IMG/VR virus record: IMGVR_UViG_3300021376_000030
Coordinates: 1-64,000 of that record
DNA from: a virus
Reading direction: 5' to 3' (one strand)
Length of the DNA: 64,000 bases
The first letter of the stretch is position 1, and each line of letters opens with the position of its first letter. A program made the translations under genes and the position numbers. The notes beneath the pieces were generated by a model. That model searched no databases. It saw nothing but the letters and a program-made list of their open reading frames with translations, and was not told the origin of the DNA. Below are positions 18,308 to 27,274 of this stretch, one piece after another.

Positions 18308-18616
18308 TTACTCAGAGCGGTGCTTGCCGTTAAGAGCGATGGCTCGCTTCAGGACCTCAGCTGAAACGGACTTGTTATAGTCCGAAACACCTAGCTCCTG
18401 ACGAGTCTCCTCAACCGTCTTACCAGCGCGGAGCAGCTTAAGAGCTGCGCGACTGATATAATTGTTAAGGTAGGCCTCCACCGAACCGGCTTTCTGGGAC
18501 TTGGATTCCAAATAAGCCTGATTAGTGAGGCGGCTCTGACCCGTGATCAAGCAAGTCAAACGAGGGGTGACCTCTCGCTTACTCGACGTCTTAGTGAGAG
18601 TTGCAGTTGCGTTCAT
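18308..18616 (-). CDS. unknown 'LxCxxTG...YxSRxAxKLL' family protein, copy 2
   Basis: AAAGGAGGT SD, promoter TTGACT-16-TATAAT (18663-18690), terminator; GC-richer than surroundings. Confidence 0.75.
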   Translation of the reverse strand: MNATATLTKTSSKREVTPRLTCLITGQSRLTNQAYLESKSQKAGSVEAYLNNYISRAALKLLRAGKTVEETRQELGVSDYNKSVSAEVLKRAIALNGKHRSE

Positions 18617-18662
18617 GTTTACCTCCTTTCGCAGTAGTTGATGTTGCATTTATTGTTCATAC

Positions 18663-18690
18663 ATTATACCGGAAATTAAGATCAAGTCAA
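18663..18690 (-). promoter_or_regulatory. strong sigma70-like early promoter
   Basis: TTGACT-16 nt (..TTTCCGG)-TATAAT. Confidence 0.7.
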
Positions 18691-18746
18691 CTACCAAATA
18701 AAATTTTGGTTTGATTTTGTTGATACATAAGTTAATATAATAGTGT

Positions 18747-19319
18747 ATGGGTCGCTTAACGTTTGATGACATTCGAGAAATTGTTAATTATAAACAAAAT
18801 ATAAAAACTGAGTATAAAAAAATTAATTTTAATACTTTTGTAGAAACTGGAACTCATATAGGATCAACTACTTTTGCAATAGCCCCGCATTTTAAATTTA
18901 TCCATACTATAGAATTGTCTAAACATTTTTATGATCATTGCAAGAATACTGCCCAACAAAATAATGTCAATAATATTAATTTTATTAATGGAAGTTCAGA
19001 TGAAGTTTTAAAGCGGTTGTGCGCAGAAATAAATGAACCTGTAATCTTTTTTCTTGATAGTCATTGGTCAAAGGAGAATACAGCTCGAGGTACTATTGAC
19101 GTTCCGCTATTGAATGAATTGAAATATATAAAAAATAGGAACCAACCAGACATTATAATTATTGATGATCATAGATTGTTCGGGTCTGGAGGTGAGGGTG
19201 AAGTAGATTGGACGTATATTACAGAAAATAATATTAAGAGTATTCTTCAAGACCATATTTTTGATATTGTACCATTAAACGATCGATATACTGTATTTCT
19301 TAAGACAACTTCTTCTTAA
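18747..19319 (+). CDS. SAM methyltransferase-like protein
   Basis: FVETGT..G, TIELS, GSS, IFFLDSH, PL..EL, IIIDD.R. Confidence 0.7.
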   Translation: MGRLTFDDIREIVNYKQNIKTEYKKINFNTFVETGTHIGSTTFAIAPHFKFIHTIELSKHFYDHCKNTAQQNNVNNINFINGSSDEVLKRLCAEINEPVIFFLDSHWSKENTARGTIDVPLLNELKYIKNRNQPDIIIIDDHRLFGSGGEGEVDWTYITENNIKSILQDHIFDIVPLNDRYTVFLKTTSS

Positions 19320-20091
19320 ATTTGTCAAACTTACTCTCAACTGCTACAAGTTGAATAGGGTTTTTTGGTTTAACAATTTCAGAGGTATGAGAAATATGAG
19401 TAGTAAAATCGTAGCCGTTACGAGTCAGAGTAATCATCATTTCACGATCAGCAGGACCAAATCGGTTCTTGCTCCAAGTAAAGATACGACTACCGGGGTC
19501 TTCTTCATCCACATGTAAATTAATACAAGCGTCTACCCCGTGAAGAACAGCGGTGGACCCCTTATATATACCTGCCTTAGTTAAGTGACACAGCGCGACA
19601 ACTGTGCATTGATATTGTTTAGCTTTTTGACAAATAGTCGCAATACAAAGTAATTCTTTCTTACGAGAAGACATGTGTTTCTTAATAGATATAGTTTGAA
19701 AACTATCAATAATTATAATATCTAGATCTTTCATCTTCTCACAAAGAGTATCAAGATCTGATTGAACTGCAATTGGTACCGAACTAACACCTAAACGTCT
19801 ACAAGTAAATGCGAGCTGCTCGATAGATTCTTCACCGGAAGCATAAGCAACACGATGACCTTTCTTAACAAGAGCTTCACTCATCTGCAGACAAAAAGTA
19901 CTTTTACCAGAACCTGCTCCTGCAGCAATAATATAAACGCCTCCGCGTAGAAACCCACCACATGAATCGTTTTGCCCTCCAAGGAAATCATCCACTTCTA
20001 CAAAACCGGTCTTAAGACGGTTATAATAGATGTCAGGAATCTTTACATCACCTGCCGGTATGAAATTAGTAGTAATTAAATTCATTTTCAT
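19300..20091 (-). CDS. RadA/Sms-like RecA-fold ATPase (no Lon-like C-domain)
   Basis: GAGSGKST Walker A, Y.SGEES..Q, IIDSFQT, H.TK.G...G...L.H.VD, KNRFG. Confidence 0.8.
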   Translation of the reverse strand: MKMNLITTNFIPAGDVKIPDIYYNRLKTGFVEVDDFLGGQNDSCGGFLRGGVYIIAAGAGSGKSTFCLQMSEALVKKGHRVAYASGEESIEQLAFTCRRLGVSSVPIAVQSDLDTLCEKMKDLDIIIIDSFQTISIKKHMSSRKKELLCIATICQKAKQYQCTVVALCHLTKAGIYKGSTAVLHGVDACINLHVDEEDPGSRIFTWSKNRFGPADREMMITLTRNGYDFTTHISHTSEIVKPKNPIQLVAVESKFDKFKKKLS

Positions 20092-20098
20092 TGTTTTT

Positions 20099-20202
20099 AT
20101 TATGAAGGAACGATGAATTTAGTCAAGATTATTAAAGTTTTGTTTGAATTCAATTGTTGTCTTAACATACCTATATAATAACGGAACCTATTTAACTATC
20201 AA
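20099..20202 (-). promoter_or_regulatory. two tandem early promoters with TTCC element
   Basis: TTGACT-16(..TTCCTT)-CATAAT and TTGATA-16(..TTCCGT)-TATTAT. Confidence 0.55.
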
Positions 20203-20338
20203 GATTATAAAAAACGTACATGACTATATTTTAGGTACACATATATTAAAGTATGAATAAAGGAGTATTTTAGATAATATGAAGGTATTGCATAAGTAAT
20301 TTCCCTAAAATAACATAAGAGTATATAAATATCTTATC

Positions 20339-20641
20339 ATGTTCGATAAGATATATTCACAAATATTATCAGAAGAGATTAATAGTCTTAATAAAATAAT
20401 AGAAGAAAAAAAAGGTGCTAGATGTACAAAAGTAACTGGTCAGCAATCTTCTACAAGATCAGATAAAAAATACATGAGATGTACAAGGGTTGGCGGTAAA
20501 CTCAAAAGAGTACATTACGGAGATCCTAAAAGAAGAATAAAGAAATCTAATCCTACGCGCCGCAAATCGTTTAGAGCCAGACACAAGTGTTCTTCAGCTA
20601 AGCCAGGTACAGCCAAATACTTTAGCTGTAAAAATTGGTAA
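20339..20641 (+). CDS. basic conserved phage protein (putative internal protein)
   Basis: V.YGDP...IKKSNP.RRKSFRARHKC..YFSC..W; TATAAATA at 20324-20331. Confidence 0.7.
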   Translation: MFDKIYSQILSEEINSLNKIIEEKKGARCTKVTGQQSSTRSDKKYMRCTRVGGKLKRVHYGDPKRRIKKSNPTRRKSFRARHKCSSAKPGTAKYFSCKNW

Positions 20642-20779
20642 TGAAAACGTTCAAAGTATTTTTATTGGAAAAGAAAAAAAACATTAAAGAATAGTAATCC
20701 TTGTTGGAAAGGGTATAAACCGGTGGGCACTAAGACCAAGGATGGCAAAACTGTTCTTAATTGCGTATCATCCAAATAA
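20641..20779 (+). pseudogene. frameshifted CWKGY-module micro-protein
   Basis: MKTFKVFLLEKK then +1 shift in A8 run gives TLKNSNPCWKGYKPVGTKTKDGKTVLNCV. Confidence 0.55.
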
Positions 20780-20820
20780 TAAAACTTGACCTATTATAAA
20801 AACTCTTCTATTATAGGTGT

Positions 20821-21102
20821 GTGACAAAACGAAAAGAATATAACGCAATAACTAATAAAATAGTTAATACTGAAAAGGTATTAGCTCGTGGGCAACGTAT
20901 ACCTGTATTGGAATTATCCTTTAAACCTGATGGATATAGAAAAGATGGACATTTAGTATACATTGACTATAGATGTGCAAAAGAGTTAATAAAAAAACTA
21001 AACTCTCAGATTAGAGAAATTGAAGCTACTTATTACCCTGCAGAATTATACAATAGAATAAATAAGATTGTATATGAAGGAGCAGGGCTCCAGCGGCAAT
21101 AA
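20821..21102 (+). CDS. hypothetical protein
   Basis: ORF after TTGACC..TATTAT-like promoter. Confidence 0.5.
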   Translation: MTKRKEYNAITNKIVNTEKVLARGQRIPVLELSFKPDGYRKDGHLVYIDYRCAKELIKKLNSQIREIEATYYPAELYNRINKIVYEGAGLQRQ

Positions 21103-21343
21103 AAAACCTTATTATTCCTTGCAAGCATTTTTTGATTTGTTAGGAAAAATGGATGGAAGCGGTATTAATAGTATAGCATATGATAACTTTAAAACAAACC
21201 GTGAAGTTATAAATTTTAATATGGATCTTTATGACAACTTTCACGGACGAGATGGGTGGAATTATAATCTTTTAACTGGCAAACTCGAACGATTAGATAA
21301 TAATAAGTAATTGCACCTGTAACACAGCTGAGAAGAGCAGGAC

Positions 21344-21420
21344 GTGCCCGTAGCTCAATTGTCTAGAGCAGCGCTCTTCTAAAGCGCAGGTTGCAGGTTA
21401 GATTCCTGCCGGGCACGCCA
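21344..21420 (+). tRNA. tRNA-Arg(TCT)
   Basis: GTGCCCG/CGGGCAC, GCGCT-CTTCTAA-AGCGC, encoded CCA; atypical T-loop TTAGATT. Confidence 0.9.
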
Positions 21421-21462
21421 ATTAGAACTAGTTCTAGTTGGTTCAATCCATCCCTATTCAAT

Positions 21463-21534
21463 GCCAGAGTAGCACAACGGAAGTGCGCCTCATTTGTAAT
21501 GAGGGGGTTATCGGTTCAAATCCGATCTCTGGCT
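21463..21534 (+). tRNA. tRNA-Thr(TGT)
   Basis: GCCAGAG/CTCTGGC, CCTCA-TTTGTAA-TGAGG, GGTTCAAATCC. Confidence 0.9.
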
Positions 21535-21538
21535 CGTT

Positions 21539-21611
21539 TGCCAGGTGGTGCAATTGGTAGCACAGCAGACTTTGGATCTGCGTGTTCTAGGTTCGAGTCC
21601 TAGCCTGGCAG
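21539..21611 (+). tRNA. tRNA-Gln(TTG)
   Basis: TGCCAGG/CCTGGCA, GCAGA-CTTTGGA-TCTGC, GGTTCGAGTCC. Confidence 0.9.
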
Positions 21612-21661
21612 ATTACGCTTTTTATTATGTATTATTTAATGTATAGAACATAAATAATTAT

Positions 21662-21880
21662 ATGCCTGTGACTGTTACAAAAGTAGATACTTTTCAAGCC
21701 AAACTGAATAGTGCGTTATTCAATCTAACTCAAGCTGATTCAACGACATATCCTGCTATTACATCTGTGAGGATTGAAGGACCAGATACATCAAACGCAT
21801 TTCCCAATTCAACTTTTGAGCCTTTGACAGCTTACTATATCTTTGATCAGTACGCAATAAGAACTAAAGCTGCTGTATAA
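21662..21880 (+). CDS. late hypothetical protein
   Basis: TAAATA upstream. Confidence 0.55.
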   Translation: MPVTVTKVDTFQAKLNSALFNLTQADSTTYPAITSVRIEGPDTSNAFPNSTFEPLTAYYIFDQYAIRTKAAV

Positions 21881-21910
21881 GCTAGTACAATACCGACTAA
21901 ATAATGTTAT

Positions 21911-22582
21911 ATGAATATAGATGAACTATGGGCAAATAAACAAGCCGCAGATGGTCTATTAGCATTGATAATAGCATTTGTTACTGGTGTTTTAAGCCCC
22001 ATAGTAGCTTCATGGGCAAGAGCAAAATTTACCAAACAAGATGTTAAAATAGATGAAGAAGAAACCGATGAAATTTTAAAAATGTTACACGCAAATGAAC
22101 GAATTGATAGTAGGTTAGAAAGTTTTCGAGCTGAACATAATTTTGATAGAGTATGGATTGCTCAATTTCATAATGGCGGGTCCTTCTATCCTTCAGAAAG
22201 AGTATTAAACAAATTTCAAAAATTAAGCTTAACTTATGAAGCTTGTAAAAATGGAATATCCTCTGAATTAAGCACAGTACAAAATATACCAGTATCACTA
22301 TTCACGGGTGTTTTAAGAAAAGTAAAAGAAGAAGGACATTTTGGAATAGATGACATTGATAAAGCATCTGATACCGGCATGTCATTAAAATCGTTTTGGA
22401 TTGAAAGAGGGGTGCGAGGTTTTCATATTGCCGCAATTAAATGCTTAAACAAAAAATTGTTGGGTTTATTAATTGTGGATTGTGTAACTGATCCTTGCGA
22501 ATTTAGTAAAGAAATAATAGATACATTAATTATTGAATCAAAAATTTTAGGCGGCTATTTAATAAAACAAGAAGTTGATTAA
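21911..22582 (+). CDS. holin T-like protein (TM helix + GAF-like domain)
   Basis: N-terminal TM, DRVWIAQFHNGG.FY, S.TYE, GAF-like C-terminus; late promoter core upstream. Confidence 0.6.
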   Translation: MNIDELWANKQAADGLLALIIAFVTGVLSPIVASWARAKFTKQDVKIDEEETDEILKMLHANERIDSRLESFRAEHNFDRVWIAQFHNGGSFYPSERVLNKFQKLSLTYEACKNGISSELSTVQNIPVSLFTGVLRKVKEEGHFGIDDIDKASDTGMSLKSFWIERGVRGFHIAAIKCLNKKLLGLLIVDCVTDPCEFSKEIIDTLIIESKILGGYLIKQEVD

Positions 22583-22773
22583 GAGCAATATTATGTATAA
22601 TAAATTTATGACTGATGATGAGTATAAATCATTAGAAGTAGATGCTGCATCATTATACCTATTGAGACGACAGAAAGAAACACTTCATCAACGAGTTTCA
22701 GATTTTTTAAGAATAATCATAATTTCTGTTCCTATTTTAATAACATTTATAATTTATTTAATTTTTAATTAAT

Positions 22774-23052
22774 GTGCGTGTTATATTGCGGCTTAAGATA
22801 GAGGAAAAGTATCATACCAGTAAATACCGGTCTGAGACTCAGCATTTAATTGTAGAGACTGTTATGATGGCCATCGATAAATTTAGTCTTGTGGATGATT
22901 TTTTTGAAATGATTGTTGTGACTAAAGATGATTATGTTACTAAATGTTATTTAAAAATGTCAGAAGAAATTTACGAGTATTTTTTGGATTCTTACGGGGG
23001 TAAAAAATATCTGGAAAGAGATTACCAAGTTATTTTTTTAAAAACCGCTTGA
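22774..23052 (+). CDS. hypothetical protein
   Basis: ORF. Confidence 0.5.
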   Translation: MRVILRLKIEEKYHTSKYRSETQHLIVETVMMAIDKFSLVDDFFEMIVVTKDDYVTKCYLKMSEEIYEYFLDSYGGKKYLERDYQVIFLKTA

Positions 23053-23082
23053 TATTTTATAATTTTCATTTATTTTAAATGT

Positions 23083-23238
23083 ATGCATAACTTTTTAATC
23101 AATGTATTTTTTGTTGGTTGGATTGTTATTCTAGTTGGCTATGTATATTACAATTTTGCTTTCTATCTTACTCGACGTAAGAAGAATGGTGGAGGTGGCC
23201 CACGTTCGCGTGGACGCCCTGCTACTATAAACAAGTGA
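23083..23238 (+). CDS. 51-aa single-pass membrane micro-protein
   Basis: Hand-translated MHNFLINVFFVGWIVILVGYVYYNFAFYLTRRKKNGGGGPRSRGRPATINK. Confidence 0.5.
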   Translation: MHNFLINVFFVGWIVILVGYVYYNFAFYLTRRKKNGGGGPRSRGRPATINK

Positions 23239-23300
23239 GGTTTAGGGTGACCCTCTTAAGTAAAAACCCTATATTTTTTCGAATACGATAGGGGGCTTTT

Positions 23301-23391
23301 GCCTCCGTCGTCTAACTGGTTAAGACCCACGACTTATACTCGTGAAGCTCTAGATTTGGGCGCAATGTAGGTTCGAATCCTACCGGAGGTA
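23301..23391 (+). tRNA. tRNA-Ile(TAT) with long variable arm
   Basis: GCCTCCG/CGGAGGT, CACGA-CTTATAC-TCGTG, variable arm GCTCTAGATTTGGGC, GGTTCGAATCC. Confidence 0.85.
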
Positions 23392-23433
23392 GAAAAACCT
23401 TGCAAATAACAATAATTCTATTATTATAATTTT

Positions 23434-23583
23434 ATGGCTGGCAAAGGATCAAAACCGCGTAGTTGTTTTAGTAAGAAATTTAAAGATAATTTTGACGCAA
23501 TTGAGAACTGGGCTTCCAAAGAAAATAAAGAGATCAGAAATTATACCGTTAAAAAAGGTAAAAAAATTTACAAATACCCCTGA
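23434..23583 (+). CDS. 49-aa MAGKGSKPR-type phage micro-protein
   Basis: Hand-translated MAGKGSKPRSCFSKKFKDNFDAIENW... Confidence 0.6.
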   Translation: MAGKGSKPRSCFSKKFKDNFDAIENWASKENKEIRNYTVKKGKKIYKYP

Positions 23584-23584
23584 T

Positions 23585-23657
23585 GGCCCAGTATTCCAAT
23601 GGCAGAGAAAAACGACTTAAAATCGTTCAAGTGTCAGTTCGAGTCTGACTTGGGCCA
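23585..23657 (+). tRNA. tRNA-Leu(TAA) with short variable loop
   Basis: GGCCCAG/TTGGGCC, AACGA-CTTAAAA-TCGTT, GTCAG-TTCGAGT-CTGAC. Confidence 0.85.
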
Positions 23658-23660
23658 CAT

Positions 23661-23951
23661 ATGAACTCAGATAAATTATTTGAGCAGTTGGAAATTTTGG
23701 ATAATTATTATCGGTGGTCTGTAAAAGAATTAGATAAAATAATAAAGAAGTACATAAAGATAGAGGAAAACCCTGAGTTTGATATATCTAAAGAAGATAA
23801 GCTAGATGCATTGGTGAATCAATTTAATGAACTAGACCGAAGACATAAAGCTAATGAAGCTGTTTTTAGGAAGCTTATATTAGAGTCTAGGCAATATTTT
23901 TTAGACAAATATAATTTAGATATATTGAAAATAGTTAATAAACATTTATAA
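23661..23951 (+). CDS. hypothetical protein
   Basis: ORF. Confidence 0.5.
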   Translation: MNSDKLFEQLEILDNYYRWSVKELDKIIKKYIKIEENPEFDISKEDKLDALVNQFNELDRRHKANEAVFRKLILESRQYFLDKYNLDILKIVNKHL

Positions 23952-23958
23952 TAAACAA

Positions 23959-24141
23959 ATGAGGAAGCTTACCAGGAAACAAATTCGGAAGCTTAAAAAA
24001 GAAGGCAGACTTCGTGATGAGATAGAAATTTGGGTTGACCGTCACAATCATAAGTTAGAGTTGCTTCGTACGTGCGCAAGCTTGATTGCGGCCATTAGTT
24101 CAGCATTAGTGTTGTTTAAAGTAGTATTGCATTGGTTTTAA
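23959..24141 (+). CDS. small basic membrane-anchored protein
   Basis: Basic N-terminus, hydrophobic C-terminus. Confidence 0.5.
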   Translation: MRKLTRKQIRKLKKEGRLRDEIEIWVDRHNHKLELLRTCASLIAAISSALVLFKVVLHWF

Positions 24142-24542
24142 TGAAAGTTTTTGATCGTATTAAAGAGGTGAGTCTGGCCCTCTTACAAGAGCACCCTGCC
24201 TGTCATAGATGCAGGCATTTTAGTTTTATTTTAGATGGATCACATATACTAAAAATTGGTTATAATAGAAGAAAAACCCACCCTAAAAATCTTTTATATG
24301 CATATAAAAATCGCAGGGGAGAGTTCATGGCCGATCAAATTGGTATTCACAGTGAAATGGACGCAGTAATTAAATTGGGCTATACTGATTGTTCGGGGCT
24401 AACATTGGTAAACACAAGAATTAACAGAAACAATGTGTTTGATATGAGTAAGCCATGTAATGGTTGTTTAGATATGCTTAGAAAATTAAACTTTAGTAAA
24501 GTATTTTATATTGACAATAGCAAGCAGTTTAGACAGCTTTAA
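24141..24542 (+). CDS. cytidine/dCMP deaminase-fold protein
   Basis: HSE..A and SKPCNGC zinc motifs. Confidence 0.75.
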   Translation: MKVFDRIKEVSLALLQEHPACHRCRHFSFILDGSHILKIGYNRRKTHPKNLLYAYKNRRGEFMADQIGIHSEMDAVIKLGYTDCSGLTLVNTRINRNNVFDMSKPCNGCLDMLRKLNFSKVFYIDNSKQFRQL

Positions 24543-25201
24543 TCTTCTGGAAGCGGTAACCCTGGGGGAAGACTTGGTACATTTACCGGAAAAGGTATTT
24601 TCCAGTGATCTACATTTGCATAGACTGTAGGTATCGTTTTTAACCAGTCACTATGTTTTTTGAGTTTAGTTGTTTCTTCCTCAGAAAAATATTCAGGAAA
24701 CTTAGAAAGATATTTATCAATAGTATTTGCGAAGCTTAAAAAACCGTTCAAGGTTGTTTCTCTAGTATTTGCATGTATTCTGTAGGGAAATGAAGCGCTT
24801 ATCTTATTAGTTTCATGATCAAATTTTATTCCAGGAAACGTAATTACAAGACCTATAACCCCTGTACCTTTACTATAAGTAAACGTATATTTTCCTCCCG
24901 GGACATCTTCTTCAAAATCCGGCACATCTTCATTTGTATAATCACCCGTTACAGATGCAGCACCTACAAGATTATCTAATGCATCAACAACTATAAATGC
25001 GTGCCCTGGTATTCTACATTCTTTAGGTACTACAGGCTTTATATCCGTTTTGTCAACAACCCCGTTTATGGTACCGTCTTCTAATGTTACATCAAGTGTT
25101 AGAAATCTATTTCCTGTATAAATACAATTTACAGTATTATTTTTTAAGGTAGTTGTCTTATAAGGTTCGTCTGGCAAAATAAATGTAAATGGCTTATTCA
25201 T
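24539..25201 (-). CDS. partner of Cys-rich virion proteins (possible assembly chaperone)
   Basis: Last gene of the fibre operon; C-terminal HWKIPFP. Confidence 0.5.
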   Translation of the reverse strand: MNKPFTFILPDEPYKTTTLKNNTVNCIYTGNRFLTLDVTLEDGTINGVVDKTDIKPVVPKECRIPGHAFIVVDALDNLVGAASVTGDYTNEDVPDFEEDVPGGKYTFTYSKGTGVIGLVITFPGIKFDHETNKISASFPYRIHANTRETTLNGFLSFANTIDKYLSKFPEYFSEEETTKLKKHSDWLKTIPTVYANVDHWKIPFPVNVPSLPPGLPLPED

Positions 25202-25208
25202 ATTTTAT

Positions 25209-26246
25209 TTATTGTTGAAAAAAGCAAGAGTCACAACATATAAATTTTATTCTGACAGCACCTAACCCTCCTCTATAGCCGCCACTTCTTACATTTACAC
25301 AACTACTATGTGCGGGGCCAGCAAATCCATAAGGAACGTAGGGTAAACAACCGTTTGTTTCATAACACCCACACATTGTTGCACCACTCCAACATTGAAA
25401 CGGTGCCCAGCCATAAGTTGGAAATCTAGAAGCAGCTTGAATTGCATAAAGATAGTTATTAAGACCTTGACCTGACCAATTCGCACCCCCATCAGTGCCA
25501 TTACCGTGTTTATAATGTATAACTGCGGGATCTTCAGATATAGTACCTGCAGGAGCCCATACATGCATTTGTGAGTAACATGCAACAAAATATAACGCAT
25601 CACAATGCATAAAGTTTGTACAAGAGAAACACCCTATACAATTTACATCACCTCCATACGCACATGCAGGCGCCCTACATTGTGCACAAGGTCCTCCTAC
25701 GTTGCCAGTATTACAAATAACACCGCACCCCTCGCCATGTGAAGCAAATTGAGACCCAGGAAATCCTATGCTCAAAAAACAACAAAACGGAGTATAAGAA
25801 GCCGTGTTACACAGGCTTGTTCCTCCTATACCGCCTTCCGCACACATACACCCGTTTGTGTTTCCGCAACAATCGCATGCGCCGGTCCAGCATATTCCGG
25901 TTGGTTCTCCTCTTCCTCTTACATAAAAATCTCCAGAATCATTATTAGCGCATGATAGACCGGGTGAGCCGTTTACAAAAGAATTAGGATATACACAAAT
26001 AGTTTTTTTAGAATACGCTCCAGGATTGCCTGGTATTCCACCTCCACAGCAACACATACGAGCACCAGATCCACCAGAACCCCATATTTCTATTAAAGCG
26101 TTCCCACACCCTGGAGACGGCCAATAAAATCCGCAAGTTAATCCAACCTGGGTTGAAGGGGCAAAAGTCCAAATTCTTCCTCTATCTAAATTGTCTTCTC
26201 TCGGAACAACCTGTCTACGTGTTAGTAATGTGGTTAATGATGCCAT
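25209..26246 (-). CDS. Cys/Gly-rich putative virion protein, paralog 3
   Basis: IEIWG.GGSGA.MCCCGGG.PGN.GAY; C-terminal RGG.GAVRI. Confidence 0.7.
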   Translation of the reverse strand: MASLTTLLTRRQVVPREDNLDRGRIWTFAPSTQVGLTCGFYWPSPGCGNALIEIWGSGGSGARMCCCGGGIPGNPGAYSKKTICVYPNSFVNGSPGLSCANNDSGDFYVRGRGEPTGICWTGACDCCGNTNGCMCAEGGIGGTSLCNTASYTPFCCFLSIGFPGSQFASHGEGCGVICNTGNVGGPCAQCRAPACAYGGDVNCIGCFSCTNFMHCDALYFVACYSQMHVWAPAGTISEDPAVIHYKHGNGTDGGANWSGQGLNNYLYAIQAASRFPTYGWAPFQCWSGATMCGCYETNGCLPYVPYGFAGPAHSSCVNVRSGGYRGGLGAVRIKFICCDSCFFQQ

Positions 26247-27274
26247 TATGATAATAAATATGGGAAATAGGTAAATTTTGCTGCTCCCAATCCTCCTCTC
26301 ACTGCATGATCTCTAACACCGGCGCAAGGAAATCCAGAAAGACCGCCCCACGCTATAGGTAGAGTTTGCTGACATTGTGTTTCTTCTCTACAACCATAAA
26401 ACAAACATGCCCAACAATATGCATAAGGTATTCCTCTTCCGGGAAATCTTGTTAAACCATTTATTGCATGAATCATAGGTATAACTCCTTGACCGGACCA
26501 ATATGAATGACCATTAGTATTTTCAGATGTTACTGCAATAGTTCCGCCCGGCTTAGACGAATAAAGACCGGGCGGTATGCCCATATGATTGATGAAATAA
26601 CATGTATTACATTCGGCTTGACATCCAAAAAAAGCAGTGCACGAAACAGAGCTTCTTATTCCTATATCATTTTCACAATTACACACGCTTACATATGCAT
26701 TTCCATGATTTGATTCAGGATAAGTAGAGCTAATATTACACACTATACCACAGTTTAACCAACAACAACAAAAACAACACGACGGTGTATTACACCAATC
26801 TGAGGCTCTAAAACAGCAATAAACACTACCTCCAGTTAAACAAAATGCTGTACCTCCTAACCCCCCTTGTGCACAAGTACAGCCACAATATGTGCTTCCA
26901 TCACAATTTAATGCACCAGACCAATACCAGCAAGTTGCTTCACTACAGCCTTTAAAACAAACATTATCACAATGACAACCATGGCCTATATTACCACAAA
27001 ATGTGGTTGATGGGTTAACTCTTAAATGTACTTTTGCATATGCTCCTGAATTACCAGCAACTCCACCGCCACAACAACACATTTTTGCACCAGATCCGCC
27101 TGCACCCCACGATTCAAATATTACTGTACCGCAACCTGGTGGATTATAGCACCACGCATAAGGTATATCATAAAACTCTGTACCTGGGCAAAAAACTTGA
27201 ACCTGACCTCTTTCTAGATTATCCTCGTTAGGCACAACTTGTCTACGCGTTAATAATGTAGTTAAGGAAGCCAT
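26246..27274 (-). CDS. Cys/Gly-rich putative virion protein, paralog 2
   Basis: Same motifs, same MASLTTLLTRRQVVP N-terminus. Confidence 0.7.
   Translation of the reverse strand: MASLTTLLTRRQVVPNEDNLERGQVQVFCPGTEFYDIPYAWCYNPPGCGTVIFESWGAGGSGAKMCCCGGGVAGNSGAYAKVHLRVNPSTTFCGNIGHGCHCDNVCFKGCSEATCWYWSGALNCDGSTYCGCTCAQGGLGGTAFCLTGGSVYCCFRASDWCNTPSCCFCCCWLNCGIVCNISSTYPESNHGNAYVSVCNCENDIGIRSSVSCTAFFGCQAECNTCYFINHMGIPPGLYSSKPGGTIAVTSENTNGHSYWSGQGVIPMIHAINGLTRFPGRGIPYAYCWACLFYGCREETQCQQTLPIAWGGLSGFPCAGVRDHAVRGGLGAAKFTYFPYLLS

Noticed and set aside
21391-21603. 70-aa ORF
   Set aside because: Overlaps three tRNA genes
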